From a candidate division WWE3 bacterium GW2011_GWC2_44_9 (GTDB taxonomy: Bacteria; Patescibacteriota; WWE3; UBA101185; UBA10185), in the NCBI GenBank assembly GCA_000994815.1, contig LCJU01000005.1:1-32496 (forward strand): a stretch of 32,496 nt of DNA, in the 5' to 3' direction. Made by a program: the position numbers and the translations under genes. Under the pieces are notes generated by a model. The model was given only the letters and a program-made list of their open reading frames with translations, had not been told where the DNA came from and searched no databases. Shown here piece after piece: positions 1 to 9,583 of the stretch. Positions within the stretch are counted from its first letter, which is position 1, and each line of letters begins with the position of its first letter.

Positions 1-2
1 CG

Positions 3-563
3 GTTATTGCTACTTTCTATGGAGATAGCGACGACTACCTTAAACTTTACCGCCTAGACGATAGTACTTTGCGACTAGCCGGAAGTTTTGCCGGAACTTC
101 CGTAAATGCTGATTATGCTTCGCCTACGCTTAACGCCGGAACCATTTACACTTTTGAAATAGCCTATACAAACGGAGGAAATCTGATATTACGGGTTGAT
201 GGAACCCAGCAAGCCAGCGCTTCGGGTGTGGTTTCTTTTAGTACAACCCCAACTACAGCCTACTTTGGCTCGGACAATTCCGGAGCAAACCAATACGATG
301 CCACATATGCCGCGGCGGATTCGCCGGTTACAGTTTCCGCGCTTTCTGCCAGCGAAAAAATATATGGCGGGGGCTATAAAACAACAACCACGGCTCTTTC
401 TAATGCAGGATTGTATCAGGATATATCTACAACAGGCGGAGCGGACTATGTAGTACGAGCGGTTGCCCACAGCGACGGGGTTTGCTCACCAAGAGCAATT
501 TTGTACGACCAAACAGGCGGAGCAGAAATTGGTCATTTGGATGGCACAACCGCCTCCACCTGA
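3..563 (+). CDS. N-terminal-side segment of a giant Ser/Thr/Gly-rich surface protein (5' end outside window)
   Basis: The frame is open from position 3 (VIATFYGDSDDYLKLYRLDD...). It contains a LamG/concanavalin-like beta module (LILRVDG...PTTAYFGSDNSGANQYDATY) and ends at a single TGA (561-563), in frame with the 597-4754 ORF. Confidence 0.75.
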   Translation, partial: VIATFYGDSDDYLKLYRLDDSTLRLAGSFAGTSVNADYASPTLNAGTIYTFEIAYTNGGNLILRVDGTQQASASGVVSFSTTPTTAYFGSDNSGANQYDATYAAADSPVTVSALSASEKIYGGGYKTTTTALSNAGLYQDISTTGGADYVVRAVAHSDGVCSPRAILYDQTGGAEIGHLDGTTAST

Positions 564-596
564 ACCGCACCAAATGTACTTTTATTTACTGGGGAA

Positions 597-3500
597 ATGC
601 CGGGATCCGGAGCTAAAACATTACGGGTAAAACTAGTTAACACAGCATCTAGTGGTACCTGTTACTGGCATCAGGTTGAGGCGCTTTCTAACATATACTC
701 GAATCCTTCTCTCGAAAATTGGCAAGGGACGTCACCAGATATACCATCCTCTTTTAGTAACATGGGCCTCGATGCTGGAGATACAGCGCAATCTACAAGT
801 GTTGTTCATAGCGGAGCAAAAGCATTTCAGGCTAACACAACAGCAACAACTGGAGAGAGGCTATATAACATAACAGGATTTTTAACAGGTAAGTTTTACT
901 CTATAGGGCACTTTAGCTACGGTGATGGTGCTAAAGGTTTTTACTTTACCAACGATTCTATCAACGCGCATCTTCAATATAGCACAAGTGCGCTCACCTT
1001 TAAGAGTAACGTTTTAAGCCAGTGGAAACCAACGCTTACTGTTTGGAGATCTGCAAGAGATTCTGGACAAGCATGGAAATATTTTGATTGGGAAAGTGGG
1101 GCAACAGGGCTGCGGTACCTTGACGACTTATATTGGTTTCAACTATCCGACGTCTCCCTCCTTACCGTCACCCCTGCCACCCTAGCAAACAGCACAGAAA
1201 GCACAGGTATTAGGGTAGATGGACGTGATACCTATACTCAAACAGTATCAGGGTTAACCTCTACAGCAGGAAGCTTTGGTGTTAACTACACACCCCGTCA
1301 CAGTGCCGGAGATGTGGCTAAGTTTGGAGTATCCACTCCATATATATTTGATATTTACGGAAACTCTACTAACTACATACGCGCATATTGGAGTGCAGCT
1401 AATGTTATTACTTTAGCTTTTAACGATGGGGGTACAGAAAGATATGCCAACTGGGATGCAACAGGAGTAATTGTTGCCGGCACAACATACTCTACTAAAG
1501 TAACCTATTCTCCAACCTCTGCCATACTCAGTGTAGATGGAGTAGATAAGGCAACTGCGGGAGCGGGAACACCTCCTAGCTTTGCAACTGTCCCCACAAC
1601 CCTGTACATGGGATCTAAGAATGATGGAACTTTACAAGGGGATGCTACTTTTGCCTCATACAACTTTGGCCCAACAGGGTCCGTTTCTATTAACTCTGCC
1701 GCGGCTTCAGTTGGAAGTTCTTCTGTTACCCTTACCCTTTCCGGTTCCGATGATAACTCCAGCGAGGCTAATTTGGACATTAAAGTTTCCAATCTTTCTG
1801 ATTTATCCGATGCCTCGTGGGAAGACTTTTCTGCATCCAAAGCTTGGACTATCAATACTTCCGGAGGAGATGGGGTTAAAACCGTATACTATTTATTAAA
1901 AGATGAAAGCTCTCTGGAGTCGGCTACTTTTTCCGATACCATAATTTATGACACCACTAACCCCACTGCTCCGGGAACTCCAAGCACCACATCACCCACC
2001 AGCGATAAAACACCCACCTGGACCTGGGATGCTTCAACGGACGCTGGATCCGGTTTGCATGCCACAACCCCGTATACGGTAGAGTGGGCAAATGATAGCT
2101 CCTTTACCAATGAAACAGGTACCACAACATCTTCTTCTACCTCGTATACTCATGTCTCTAATCTCCATGATGGAACCTGGTACTTTAGGGTAAAGGCTAT
2201 GGATGCGCTGTCTCATGAAAGCAGCTACTCATCTAGCGGCTCGGTAGTTATTGAAACCGGATCGCCCTCTAATACGTCGATTAGTATTAATGATGGAGAC
2301 GCCTACTCCATAAGTCAAGCTGTAACTCTCACTCTAAATGCTGAGGACACCAATACCCCCATTGAGATACGCGTTGCCAACTCCCGCTCCGGTGTAACCG
2401 GCTCCTCGTGGGAAACTTATGACTCGTCAACCAGCCACTCTTTAACAGCTACTGACGGCTCAAAAACCGTATATGCCCAATTTAGAGATTCTTTAGAGAA
2501 TGAAACAGACATAATATCCGATTCTATTACCCTGGATACTACCGATCCTACCGGAGTAGGTATCCCATCTACCTCCTCGGCTAGCAACGATAATACTCCT
2601 ACTTGGGTATGGACAGGCGGATCCGATGCTACTAGTGGTCTTTCTACAACGGCTAGCTATACTCTGGAGTGGTCTCAAAGTGCAGCTTTTAGCTCTACTA
2701 CCGGTAGCTCCACTGTAGGTACCAACTCATGTTCCGGGGGAAGTTGCTCCTTTACCCATACTACGGCTCTTGATGATGCCACCTGGTACTTTAGAGTTAA
2801 GGCAACTGACAATGCAGAAAATGAAACCGCATACTATACAAGTGACAGTTTTTTAATCTCCACCGACGGTGATCCACCAACCGGTTCGGTTTCTATTGAT
2901 GGGGGTAACTCATATACTCAAGATGGCTCGGTAGCCCTTACTATCTCCGCCACCGATAACGTTGACGCGGTTGGGTCTTTGCAAATGAAAGTGGGCAATA
3001 CAGCATCCCTTGATAGTGCCAGCTGGGAAACTTACTCAACATCCAAAACTCACACCTTGGATACCACCTCCGAAGGCACCAAAACAGTGTATATAAAATT
3101 TAAAGATTCCAAAGCCAATGAGTCACAGGTGTACTCCGATACCATTGTTTACGATGCCGCCGCGCCAACAGAGCCTGACTTGGCAGACCCCGATGATGGC
3201 TCATTTACCAACGATGCCACTCCTAAATTCAACTGGGATGCCTCAACCGACAGTGTATCCGGCGTGAGCAGCTACGATTTATACGTTAAAAAAAGCGGCG
3301 ACGACTACGCAAACAAAGGCGATACCGATTCCGACACTACCGAGTATACCCTTAAAGACTCGCAGGAACTCGAAAGCGAGGGCACCTACTACTGGTATGT
3401 CCAAGTGTCCGACAATGCCGGCAACACCAGAGACAGCTCCACGTACTCGTTTACACTGGATAAAACAAAACCAACCATTAGTTTACTGGAGAACTGGGGC

Positions 3501-4754
3501 TCGGTAGGGGACCCGGTAAAGACCTCTGATACAGCTTTCGTTATCAAAGGCGAGGCCGCAGACGACAAAGAATACAGTTATCTGCATGTTAAAGTGGACT
3601 CAATAACCACTCTGTTGGGGGCGGTTATAGGCTACGCCAAATTGCTAGAGGGTAACGTTAACCTTACAGAAGAGGCCTGGCAGTACACCTATGGCGGGGA
3701 TCTGGCTTACGGCAACTATCGGTTTACCTTTTCGGTTTTTGACTCTGCTGGTAATGAGTCCAGCAAGGCATATGCGTACGTAAACTTAATCACAAAAGCC
3801 CAGGAAGAAGCGCTTAAGCGCGAGGAAGCGGGGGAGGGGCTAACCAAGCTGGCGGAAGACCTTAAAAACACTGTGGACAATATAGGCATCTCGCCGGAAG
3901 AAAAGCAGGAGATCGTGGAGCGAGTTCAGGAATACAGGTTAAAACAAAGTGGAAACTTGGCAGAGCTGGCGGAAAAACCCTTTAAAACCTACACCAGATT
4001 TGACCGGTTTGTGGAGGAACAGATAGGCGTGCTTGACGGACTGGCGGTGTTTCTTAAAGATTCTGGCACGTTTAAGGCTCAAGAAATGGCATTAGGCCTG
4101 CATCAACTCTCCCAACAGCTTGTTCAAATCATTCAAGGCTCTACAAACGTCATAAGTTCGGCAGTGCAAACAACAAGTGCAATGCTTGGGGCCGGCAGCA
4201 ACCTGTTGGCAAACACCCTGGGTAAAGCCTCGCTCGACGCACAAGATGCTATAGCTAACACTATTTTTACCAAAAACTTTATCGTGATCGGAGTTTCCAA
4301 CACCGCAAAAGACCTTTCCGGCAAGTCCACTGTTTTGGTAAGAACATCGTCCGCCAACATGCAAAACACTTTCGATTCGATAACCCAAAGCCAGGCGGTT
4401 AAGTCCGCACGCTTTGCCGGCGAGTCCTTTATAGCAAAATACAAAACCACCAAAGAATTTATTGCCTCGGTATGGTTTGAAACCGAGCCCACTCGCATTT
4501 ATGACGTAAAAATAACTCAAGTGGGGGCCAACCATGCAATGATCTCATGGAAAACCAACCATCCGGCTAAGTCTAAAATAAACTACGGCACCAGTACCTC
4601 CTATGGCCAGGAAAAACATGCCAACGACTACACAACCAACCACGCCTACACATTAGACAACCTAAACATGGGAACCAAGTACTATTTTGAGGTGATGAAC
4701 TGGAATAAAGTATATGTGTTTGACGCCTACTATACTTTTGATACACTAAACTAG
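597..4754 (+). CDS. Large surface/adhesin-like protein with lectin-like, Ig-like (Big) and fibronectin type III repeats, a helical region and a C-terminal FN3-like domain
   Basis: 1385 aa and Thr/Ser-rich. Repeated motifs: PTGSVSI..G...V.LT, G.KTVY..FKD, TPT..W.ASTD..SG, WYFRVKA.D. The C-terminus reads AMISWKTN..AKSKINYG...H...L.NL..GTKYYFEV. There is no signal peptide at 597, so it probably continues the upstream ORF. Confidence 0.8.
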   Translation: MPGSGAKTLRVKLVNTASSGTCYWHQVEALSNIYSNPSLENWQGTSPDIPSSFSNMGLDAGDTAQSTSVVHSGAKAFQANTTATTGERLYNITGFLTGKFYSIGHFSYGDGAKGFYFTNDSINAHLQYSTSALTFKSNVLSQWKPTLTVWRSARDSGQAWKYFDWESGATGLRYLDDLYWFQLSDVSLLTVTPATLANSTESTGIRVDGRDTYTQTVSGLTSTAGSFGVNYTPRHSAGDVAKFGVSTPYIFDIYGNSTNYIRAYWSAANVITLAFNDGGTERYANWDATGVIVAGTTYSTKVTYSPTSAILSVDGVDKATAGAGTPPSFATVPTTLYMGSKNDGTLQGDATFASYNFGPTGSVSINSAAASVGSSSVTLTLSGSDDNSSEANLDIKVSNLSDLSDASWEDFSASKAWTINTSGGDGVKTVYYLLKDESSLESATFSDTIIYDTTNPTAPGTPSTTSPTSDKTPTWTWDASTDAGSGLHATTPYTVEWANDSSFTNETGTTTSSSTSYTHVSNLHDGTWYFRVKAMDALSHESSYSSSGSVVIETGSPSNTSISINDGDAYSISQAVTLTLNAEDTNTPIEIRVANSRSGVTGSSWETYDSSTSHSLTATDGSKTVYAQFRDSLENETDIISDSITLDTTDPTGVGIPSTSSASNDNTPTWVWTGGSDATSGLSTTASYTLEWSQSAAFSSTTGSSTVGTNSCSGGSCSFTHTTALDDATWYFRVKATDNAENETAYYTSDSFLISTDGDPPTGSVSIDGGNSYTQDGSVALTISATDNVDAVGSLQMKVGNTASLDSASWETYSTSKTHTLDTTSEGTKTVYIKFKDSKANESQVYSDTIVYDAAAPTEPDLADPDDGSFTNDATPKFNWDASTDSVSGVSSYDLYVKKSGDDYANKGDTDSDTTEYTLKDSQELESEGTYYWYVQVSDNAGNTRDSSTYSFTLDKTKPTISLLENWGSVGDPVKTSDTAFVIKGEAADDKEYSYLHVKVDSITTLLGAVIGYAKLLEGNVNLTEEAWQYTYGGDLAYGNYRFTFSVFDSAGNESSKAYAYVNLITKAQEEALKREEAGEGLTKLAEDLKNTVDNIGISPEEKQEIVERVQEYRLKQSGNLAELAEKPFKTYTRFDRFVEEQIGVLDGLAVFLKDSGTFKAQEMALGLHQLSQQLVQIIQGSTNVISSAVQTTSAMLGAGSNLLANTLGKASLDAQDAIANTIFTKNFIVIGVSNTAKDLSGKSTVLVRTSSANMQNTFDSITQSQAVKSARFAGESFIAKYKTTKEFIASVWFETEPTRIYDVKITQVGANHAMISWKTNHPAKSKINYGTSTSYGQEKHANDYTTNHAYTLDNLNMGTKYYFEVMNWNKVYVFDAYYTFDTLN
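1668..3470 (+). repeat. Three tandem ~200-aa units (Ig-like domain + FN3-like domain), diverged at DNA level
   Basis: Units begin at about 1668 (GPTGSVSINS), 2259 (GSPSNTSISIND) and 2874 (PPTGSVSIDGG). Each has SWE(D/T)(F/Y), G.KTVY, SD(T/S)I..D and TP.(W/F).W motifs. Confidence 0.8.
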
Positions 4755-4755
4755 T

Positions 4756-5508
4756 ATGCATGTATTAAAAAGAATCATCCTATACAAGCACGCTTTTTTT
4801 AACTTCCTTTTGGTATTAGGCACTTACTTTTTCACCAGTTCCAAATATACGGCCTCGCTTGCACTTATTGTTTTTATCGCCGGGGTGTTCTTTTTTATCG
4901 GTTTTGTTGCTTTTAAGCGCAAACCCGCCGGCGAAAGCGTAAAAGATTTTTATAAACTCGTTTATCTGGTGGAGTTTTTACTTTTAACCTTGGTGGGAAC
5001 CACCGGCTGGTTCTACAGTCCTTTCTTTTTCCTTTTGTATTTTGCCGCGTTTGGTATTTCGTTTTTGGTGGCCAAATCCTCCGGTGCCGCGTTTTTGGCA
5101 TGTTTGCTCTTGATCTTTGTCCAAAATATAGGGGATGTTGACTTTGTACTAGATCTAATTACAGCTCTTTCTCTGGCCTTATCGATTCCAGCGTCTTACT
5201 ACTTTGCCAAATACTTTATGCACCTTAGGGAATCCGAAAAGAAAATACTTATTCTGGAAAAGGAAAAACAAGGCTACAGAAACGTGGTGGAGCAAGTTTT
5301 GGCTAATAAAGTTAACGACTTTGCTGTTGGCCTCAAACAGCCGGTAAATGACGTAAAACAAATGGCCAGCAGAATATTGGACGGTAAAGCCGACAAACTG
5401 GAAGTTGAATACCTAAAAAGAATTGTTGCTTCAAGCGAGGAGGCGCTGCAAATGATTAAGGGTTTTGAGCAGGAAACAACAGGCAAAAAGCTGTTGAGCT
5501 CAATTTAA
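4756..5508 (+). CDS. Multi-pass membrane protein with a degenerate C-terminal HisKA-like helical hairpin (no phosphoacceptor His, no ATPase domain)
   Basis: About 5-6 hydrophobic segments, then a coiled coil and DFAVGLKQPVNDVKQMA...EYLKRIVASSEEALQMIKGF. This mirrors the HisKA pattern SHELRTPL...EYL.RI..S.E.L..LI. Confidence 0.65.
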   Translation: MHVLKRIILYKHAFFNFLLVLGTYFFTSSKYTASLALIVFIAGVFFFIGFVAFKRKPAGESVKDFYKLVYLVEFLLLTLVGTTGWFYSPFFFLLYFAAFGISFLVAKSSGAAFLACLLLIFVQNIGDVDFVLDLITALSLALSIPASYYFAKYFMHLRESEKKILILEKEKQGYRNVVEQVLANKVNDFAVGLKQPVNDVKQMASRILDGKADKLEVEYLKRIVASSEEALQMIKGFEQETTGKKLLSSI

Positions 5509-5880
5509 TGCTAAATACTCGTTGACCTTGTTAACTAGATCGCCGGGAAAAATATCGGTTTTGATAATGTAGCCTGATGCCCCTAATTCGGTTGCCTTCT
5601 TAATTACCGGATCGTGGGCCAGATTCGTAAGCAAAACAATTCTGACTTTAGGGTTTTTGGCCGGCTTGAACTTTAGCGCCTCTAATACCTCAATGCCATC
5701 TTTTTTTGGCATCATTATGTCAAGCAAAACTAAATCGTACGGGTTTTGTTGAATAAACAAAAGGGCGTCGTTGCCGTTAGCGGCTGTATCCAAGTCAAAG
5801 GCGGCCTCGCGCAGAACTTGCTGGTAAACTTCGGATAATGTAGCGTCGTCTTCAACTAACAAAAGTTTGCGAGCAGGCAT
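5500..5880 (-). CDS. Single-domain response regulator (CheY-like receiver)
   Basis: LLLVEDD, DLVLLDIMMPKKDG, LLTN and GASGYIIK: the acidic pocket, phospho-Asp, Thr and Lys are all present. Confidence 0.95.
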   Translation of the reverse strand: MPARKLLLVEDDATLSEVYQQVLREAAFDLDTAANGNDALLFIQQNPYDLVLLDIMMPKKDGIEVLEALKFKPAKNPKVRIVLLTNLAHDPVIKKATELGASGYIIKTDIFPGDLVNKVNEYLALN

Positions 5881-5886
5881 AGTTTG

Positions 5887-5914
5887 ATATTAGCACATCA
5901 TCGGTTCATTGCAA
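5887..5914 (-). promoter_or_regulatory. Putative sigma70 promoter of the receiver gene (leaderless geometry)
   Basis: Minus strand: TTGCAA-16 nt-TAATAT with an extended TG, 6 nt before the ATG at 5880. Confidence 0.55.
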
Positions 5915-5950
5915 CATGATCCTTGATTTGATGATACTATTTACGTACTT

Positions 5951-7009
5951 ATGCGTAAATCCAGGGCCGTTTTGGGCAGTATTATTGTAACTGCGCTACT
6001 TTTAACGGTGGGCAATCTGGTTTATCCCTCTGCCACAAGGATACTCCTTAATATTCTGTGGTTCATATCGTTAAGCGTAGCCTTTATGTTCCTGGCCATG
6101 GGTATAATGGCCATTTTTGGTATGAAAAAAGAGGTAGGCCGGTTGCTGGAAATACTAATGGAGGGTTCCTTTTCTGTACTAGACGTTATTGACTTTATTA
6201 AGCAAACCATTAGGCTATTTGTTGAAAAAATCAAGGAAATACTGTTAAGCGTCGCTCCGATGTTTTCCTACATCATAGCCATTGCTATGTACCTTGGCGC
6301 TTTGTACCTGTATAAAATGGTTGGCAGAACCTACGACGTTACCATCCTTACTGTTGTAGTAACTGTTACCGGTATCTCCCTTTTAAGTCTACTTAACCTA
6401 CCGGGCAGGGGAGACCTAACCAAAACGGGCTGGAAGTATGACTTTGCCAAGAAAATCAATAGAAGTTTTGTGGACTCGTTTGAAGTGGTGCTTTTTGTGT
6501 TCTTTTTAACTATGGACTCCACACACCTTTTTTACGTTCCGGCCGATCTGAATATTCCTTTGCATGCCAATTTCTTTGGTTATGATCTAATGCTTAGGGG
6601 CTTTAACCTTAACGACGGTAGGATTACACTAATAGTGGTTGCTATATCTATAGTTGTAGAGGTTATCAGAAACGTCCTAAAAATTGTCTATTCCGCTCGC
6701 AATTATTACTCCGCTTTGCTTGAAACGGAACCGGAAAACAACACAACGGAACATCAACGATTCCAAAATATCAAAAAAGCAACCAGAAAGGCTTTTGCCG
6801 AATCCCGTGACGACTTGATCCGCTTTATTGCCTTTACCACCATCCTGCTTTTTGTGTTTATCATTTTCCCAAGGTTAAAACTGCTTTCAATGATGACCGC
6901 CAACATTACCTTGCTTATGTTCGACTTAACCTTTACCGCCAGACTCTTGACCCACAAACAGGGAACAGATTTAATTTCTCGCCTGCTCGATAAGCTCCTC
7001 AAGCTTTAA
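5951..7009 (+). CDS. Polytopic membrane protein of unknown function
   Basis: 352-aa ORF with about 8 hydrophobic segments separated by charged amphipathic helices. No recognisable family motif. Confidence 0.8.
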   Translation: MRKSRAVLGSIIVTALLLTVGNLVYPSATRILLNILWFISLSVAFMFLAMGIMAIFGMKKEVGRLLEILMEGSFSVLDVIDFIKQTIRLFVEKIKEILLSVAPMFSYIIAIAMYLGALYLYKMVGRTYDVTILTVVVTVTGISLLSLLNLPGRGDLTKTGWKYDFAKKINRSFVDSFEVVLFVFFLTMDSTHLFYVPADLNIPLHANFFGYDLMLRGFNLNDGRITLIVVAISIVVEVIRNVLKIVYSARNYYSALLETEPENNTTEHQRFQNIKKATRKAFAESRDDLIRFIAFTTILLFVFIIFPRLKLLSMMTANITLLMFDLTFTARLLTHKQGTDLISRLLDKLLKL

Positions 7010-7672
7010 ACTGTTTTCAAGCGCGTACTCGCCGATCTTTGTGCGGACTAGCTTGGTAACCACACCGCCGCAGTGTAAATCTTCACCAATGTCTCTCGCC
7101 AAGGCTCTAATGTATGTCCCTTTGCCGCAAACTACTTTTAATTTGGCCAACGCACCCTGCAACTGCCGGTCCTCTCCGGAATATGTATAACTAATTGATA
7201 CGTTTTCTAAGAATGAGCAAGCAGTTATATCATATATAGTAACTTTGCTGATATTCAGGCTTAAACCGCTGAATGCGTTGGATCTAGCAAGTTTGTATGC
7301 CCGAGTGCCACGGATATGCTTAGCAGAAAACAGCGGCGGCCGCTGATTGATATTGCCAATATAACTAGGAAGGGCGTTTTCAACGTCAGTAATGGTTACT
7401 TGCCTAACTTGATCCGTTTTTGAGACCTCGGTTCCTAAATCGTAAGATGGGGAGGTGTAGCCTAAGAGTACGTCCACTAGATACTCTTTTGTTAATGCCA
7501 TCAACTCGGGCTGCTTTTTTGTGTCACTATCGGTTAAAATCAGCAGCACCCCTTCGGCAAGGGGATCCAACGTGCCAGCGTGGCCAATTTTCTTGTACTG
7601 GCCAGTAGACTTTAGCTTTTTCACCACATCAAAGCTGGACCAACCCCAATCTTTATACACATTAAGGATCAT
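6971..7672 (-). CDS. truB: tRNA pseudouridine(55) synthase, short form without C-terminal PUA domain
   Basis: KIGHAGTLDPLAEGVL, K.Y, Q.PP.FSA....G.RAYKLAR and CGKGTYIRALARDIG motifs. Confidence 0.97.
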   Translation of the reverse strand: MILNVYKDWGWSSFDVVKKLKSTGQYKKIGHAGTLDPLAEGVLLILTDSDTKKQPELMALTKEYLVDVLLGYTSPSYDLGTEVSKTDQVRQVTITDVENALPSYIGNINQRPPLFSAKHIRGTRAYKLARSNAFSGLSLNISKVTIYDITACSFLENVSISYTYSGEDRQLQGALAKLKVVCGKGTYIRALARDIGEDLHCGGVVTKLVRTKIGEYALENSLKLEELIEQARN

Positions 7673-7678
7673 AGGCCC

Positions 7679-7707
7679 GTTATACCTAATAGTTAACTAA
7701 TGAGCAA
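7679..7707 (-). promoter_or_regulatory. Putative sigma70 promoter of truB (leaderless geometry)
   Basis: Minus strand: TTGCTC-17 nt-TATAAC-6 nt-ATG. Confidence 0.5.
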
Positions 7708-7764
7708 CCAAAAGAACTTTTGCTTAACTTAATCACATTTTTAGGATAAAATTCAAGAAGGACT

Positions 7765-9561
7765 ATGGCAAAGATAAAAAATGACTTAAAAGATGACCCG
7801 TTAATGCCGCTTAGGCACAGCGCCGAGCATGTTTTACACACGGCGATGCAAAAACTATACCCGGAGCTAAAAAAAGTTATGGGCCCGCCAATTGAAGACG
7901 GTTTCTATTTTGACTTTGATCTGGAAGAAAAGATCACCGCCGAGGACTTTCCAACAATCGAGGCTGAAATGCACAGGATGATTGCTGCCAATCTTCCAAT
8001 CGTAAGAAAAAACGTGAGCGTGGAGGAAGCAAAGAGTCTATTTAAAGACAACAGCTACAAACTAGACACGCTAGAAGAAATTGCCCAGCGCGGAGAAAGC
8101 GTATCCATTTACATTACCGGAGCACCGGAAAACAGTTATTACGACGCTGATCTTTGCGCCGGCCCGCATGTAGCATCCACCGGAGCTATTAAGGCCATTA
8201 AGCTTTTGTCAGTTGCTGGAGCTTATTACAAAGGGAGCGAGAAAAACAAGATGCTTCAGCGGATCTACGCCACAGCTTTTGATTCACAAAAGGCTCTGGA
8301 TGACTACTTAGCTAATCTAGAACAAGCCAAAAAACGTGACCACCGGAAACTGGGTAAGGAGCTGGACCTTTTTGTATTCTCTGACATGGTGGGGAAAGGC
8401 TTGCCGCTATTTACCGAGTATGGAGCTGCGATTTGGCGCGAACTTGAAAGGTATATCGTGGACGAGGAGATAAAGTCAGGTTATAAACACGTGAAAACGC
8501 CTACACTGGCAAAAACGGAGCTATATAAGACATCTGGTCACTATCCATATTATGCCAACACTATGTACCCAGCTATGAAAGTCGACGAGGAGGAGCTCAT
8601 ACTCCGGCCCATGACCTGTCCGCATCATTTTGCTCTGTTCTCCGATAAACTAAGGTCATACAAAGAGCTCCCATTAAGATACGGCGAAATCGCCGGCCTA
8701 TATCGCTATGAACTCTCCGGCACTTTAACGGGCCTTACCAGGGTAAGAAGCTTTTGTTTAGCAGATTCGCACAACTTTATCAGGAAAAACCAGGCAGTAG
8801 ACGAAATAAAACAGGTTCTGGCCTTGATTAAAAAGGTCTCCGGTGTGCTTGGGTTGTATGAAGGCACCGACTACATATACAGGCTGTCGCTAGGCGATAG
8901 GGCCAATAAAAAGAAGTACTATGACTCGCCAGCAGAGTGGGAGGAAGCCGAAGACATCCTTAGAAAGGTACTGCTAGAACTGGATGTACCATACTACGAA
9001 GCTAAGGATGAAGCTGCGTTCTATGGGCCAAAAATAGATATTCAAATGTTTAATGTGTACAAGAAAGAGGATACAGCATTCACCGTTCAGTATGACTTTT
9101 GCCTGCCAAAAAAGTTTGACTTGAAGTTTGTGAACGAGGAAGGCAGGCACGAGCAGCCGGTTGTTATCCATAGGTCATCCATAGGGGCTTTGGAGCGGGT
9201 AATTGGCTTTCTTATTGAGCGTTATGCCGGAGCTTTTCCGGTCTGGCTGGCTCCGGTTCAAGTAAAAGTAATACCTATAGCTGAAAAAAACAACAGTTAT
9301 GCGCTTGGCATTTCTAATGAGCTTGTTAACCGGGGTTTCAGATCCGAGGTCGACCTTAAAGCGGATACAATGCAGGCGAAGATAAGAACCGCACAGATGG
9401 CAAAAGTTCCGTATATGCTGGTAGTGGGGGACAAAGAGCAAAACGCTGGTACGGTTAACGTGAGGGTAAGAACGGGTGAAACTGCAGGGACGATGACTAT
9501 AGCTGATTTTATAAGTAAGGCCGGGGAGAAATATTTGACCAAGGCGCTTGATTTATGGTAA
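7765..9561 (+). CDS. thrS: Threonine--tRNA ligase (lacks N-terminal TGS domain)
   Basis: LRHSAEH, DLCAGPHV, RDHRKLGKELDLF, RPMTCPHH, FYGPKID and HRS..G.LER motifs, plus a C-terminal anticodon-binding domain. Confidence 0.98.
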   Translation: MAKIKNDLKDDPLMPLRHSAEHVLHTAMQKLYPELKKVMGPPIEDGFYFDFDLEEKITAEDFPTIEAEMHRMIAANLPIVRKNVSVEEAKSLFKDNSYKLDTLEEIAQRGESVSIYITGAPENSYYDADLCAGPHVASTGAIKAIKLLSVAGAYYKGSEKNKMLQRIYATAFDSQKALDDYLANLEQAKKRDHRKLGKELDLFVFSDMVGKGLPLFTEYGAAIWRELERYIVDEEIKSGYKHVKTPTLAKTELYKTSGHYPYYANTMYPAMKVDEEELILRPMTCPHHFALFSDKLRSYKELPLRYGEIAGLYRYELSGTLTGLTRVRSFCLADSHNFIRKNQAVDEIKQVLALIKKVSGVLGLYEGTDYIYRLSLGDRANKKKYYDSPAEWEEAEDILRKVLLELDVPYYEAKDEAAFYGPKIDIQMFNVYKKEDTAFTVQYDFCLPKKFDLKFVNEEGRHEQPVVIHRSSIGALERVIGFLIERYAGAFPVWLAPVQVKVIPIAEKNNSYALGISNELVNRGFRSEVDLKADTMQAKIRTAQMAKVPYMLVVGDKEQNAGTVNVRVRTGETAGTMTIADFISKAGEKYLTKALDLW

Positions 9562-9583
9562 GTTAACGCTTGTAGTTGCGCAC

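Noticed and set aside
561-563. Genome-wide TGA recoding (code 25/4) or selenocysteine as the explanation for the in-frame TGA
   Set aside because: TGA ends infC, rpmI, pheS, tyrS, rpmF and acp at expected positions, often in ATGA overlaps. No other gene shows internal TGA. There is no redox motif or clear SECIS-like hairpin.
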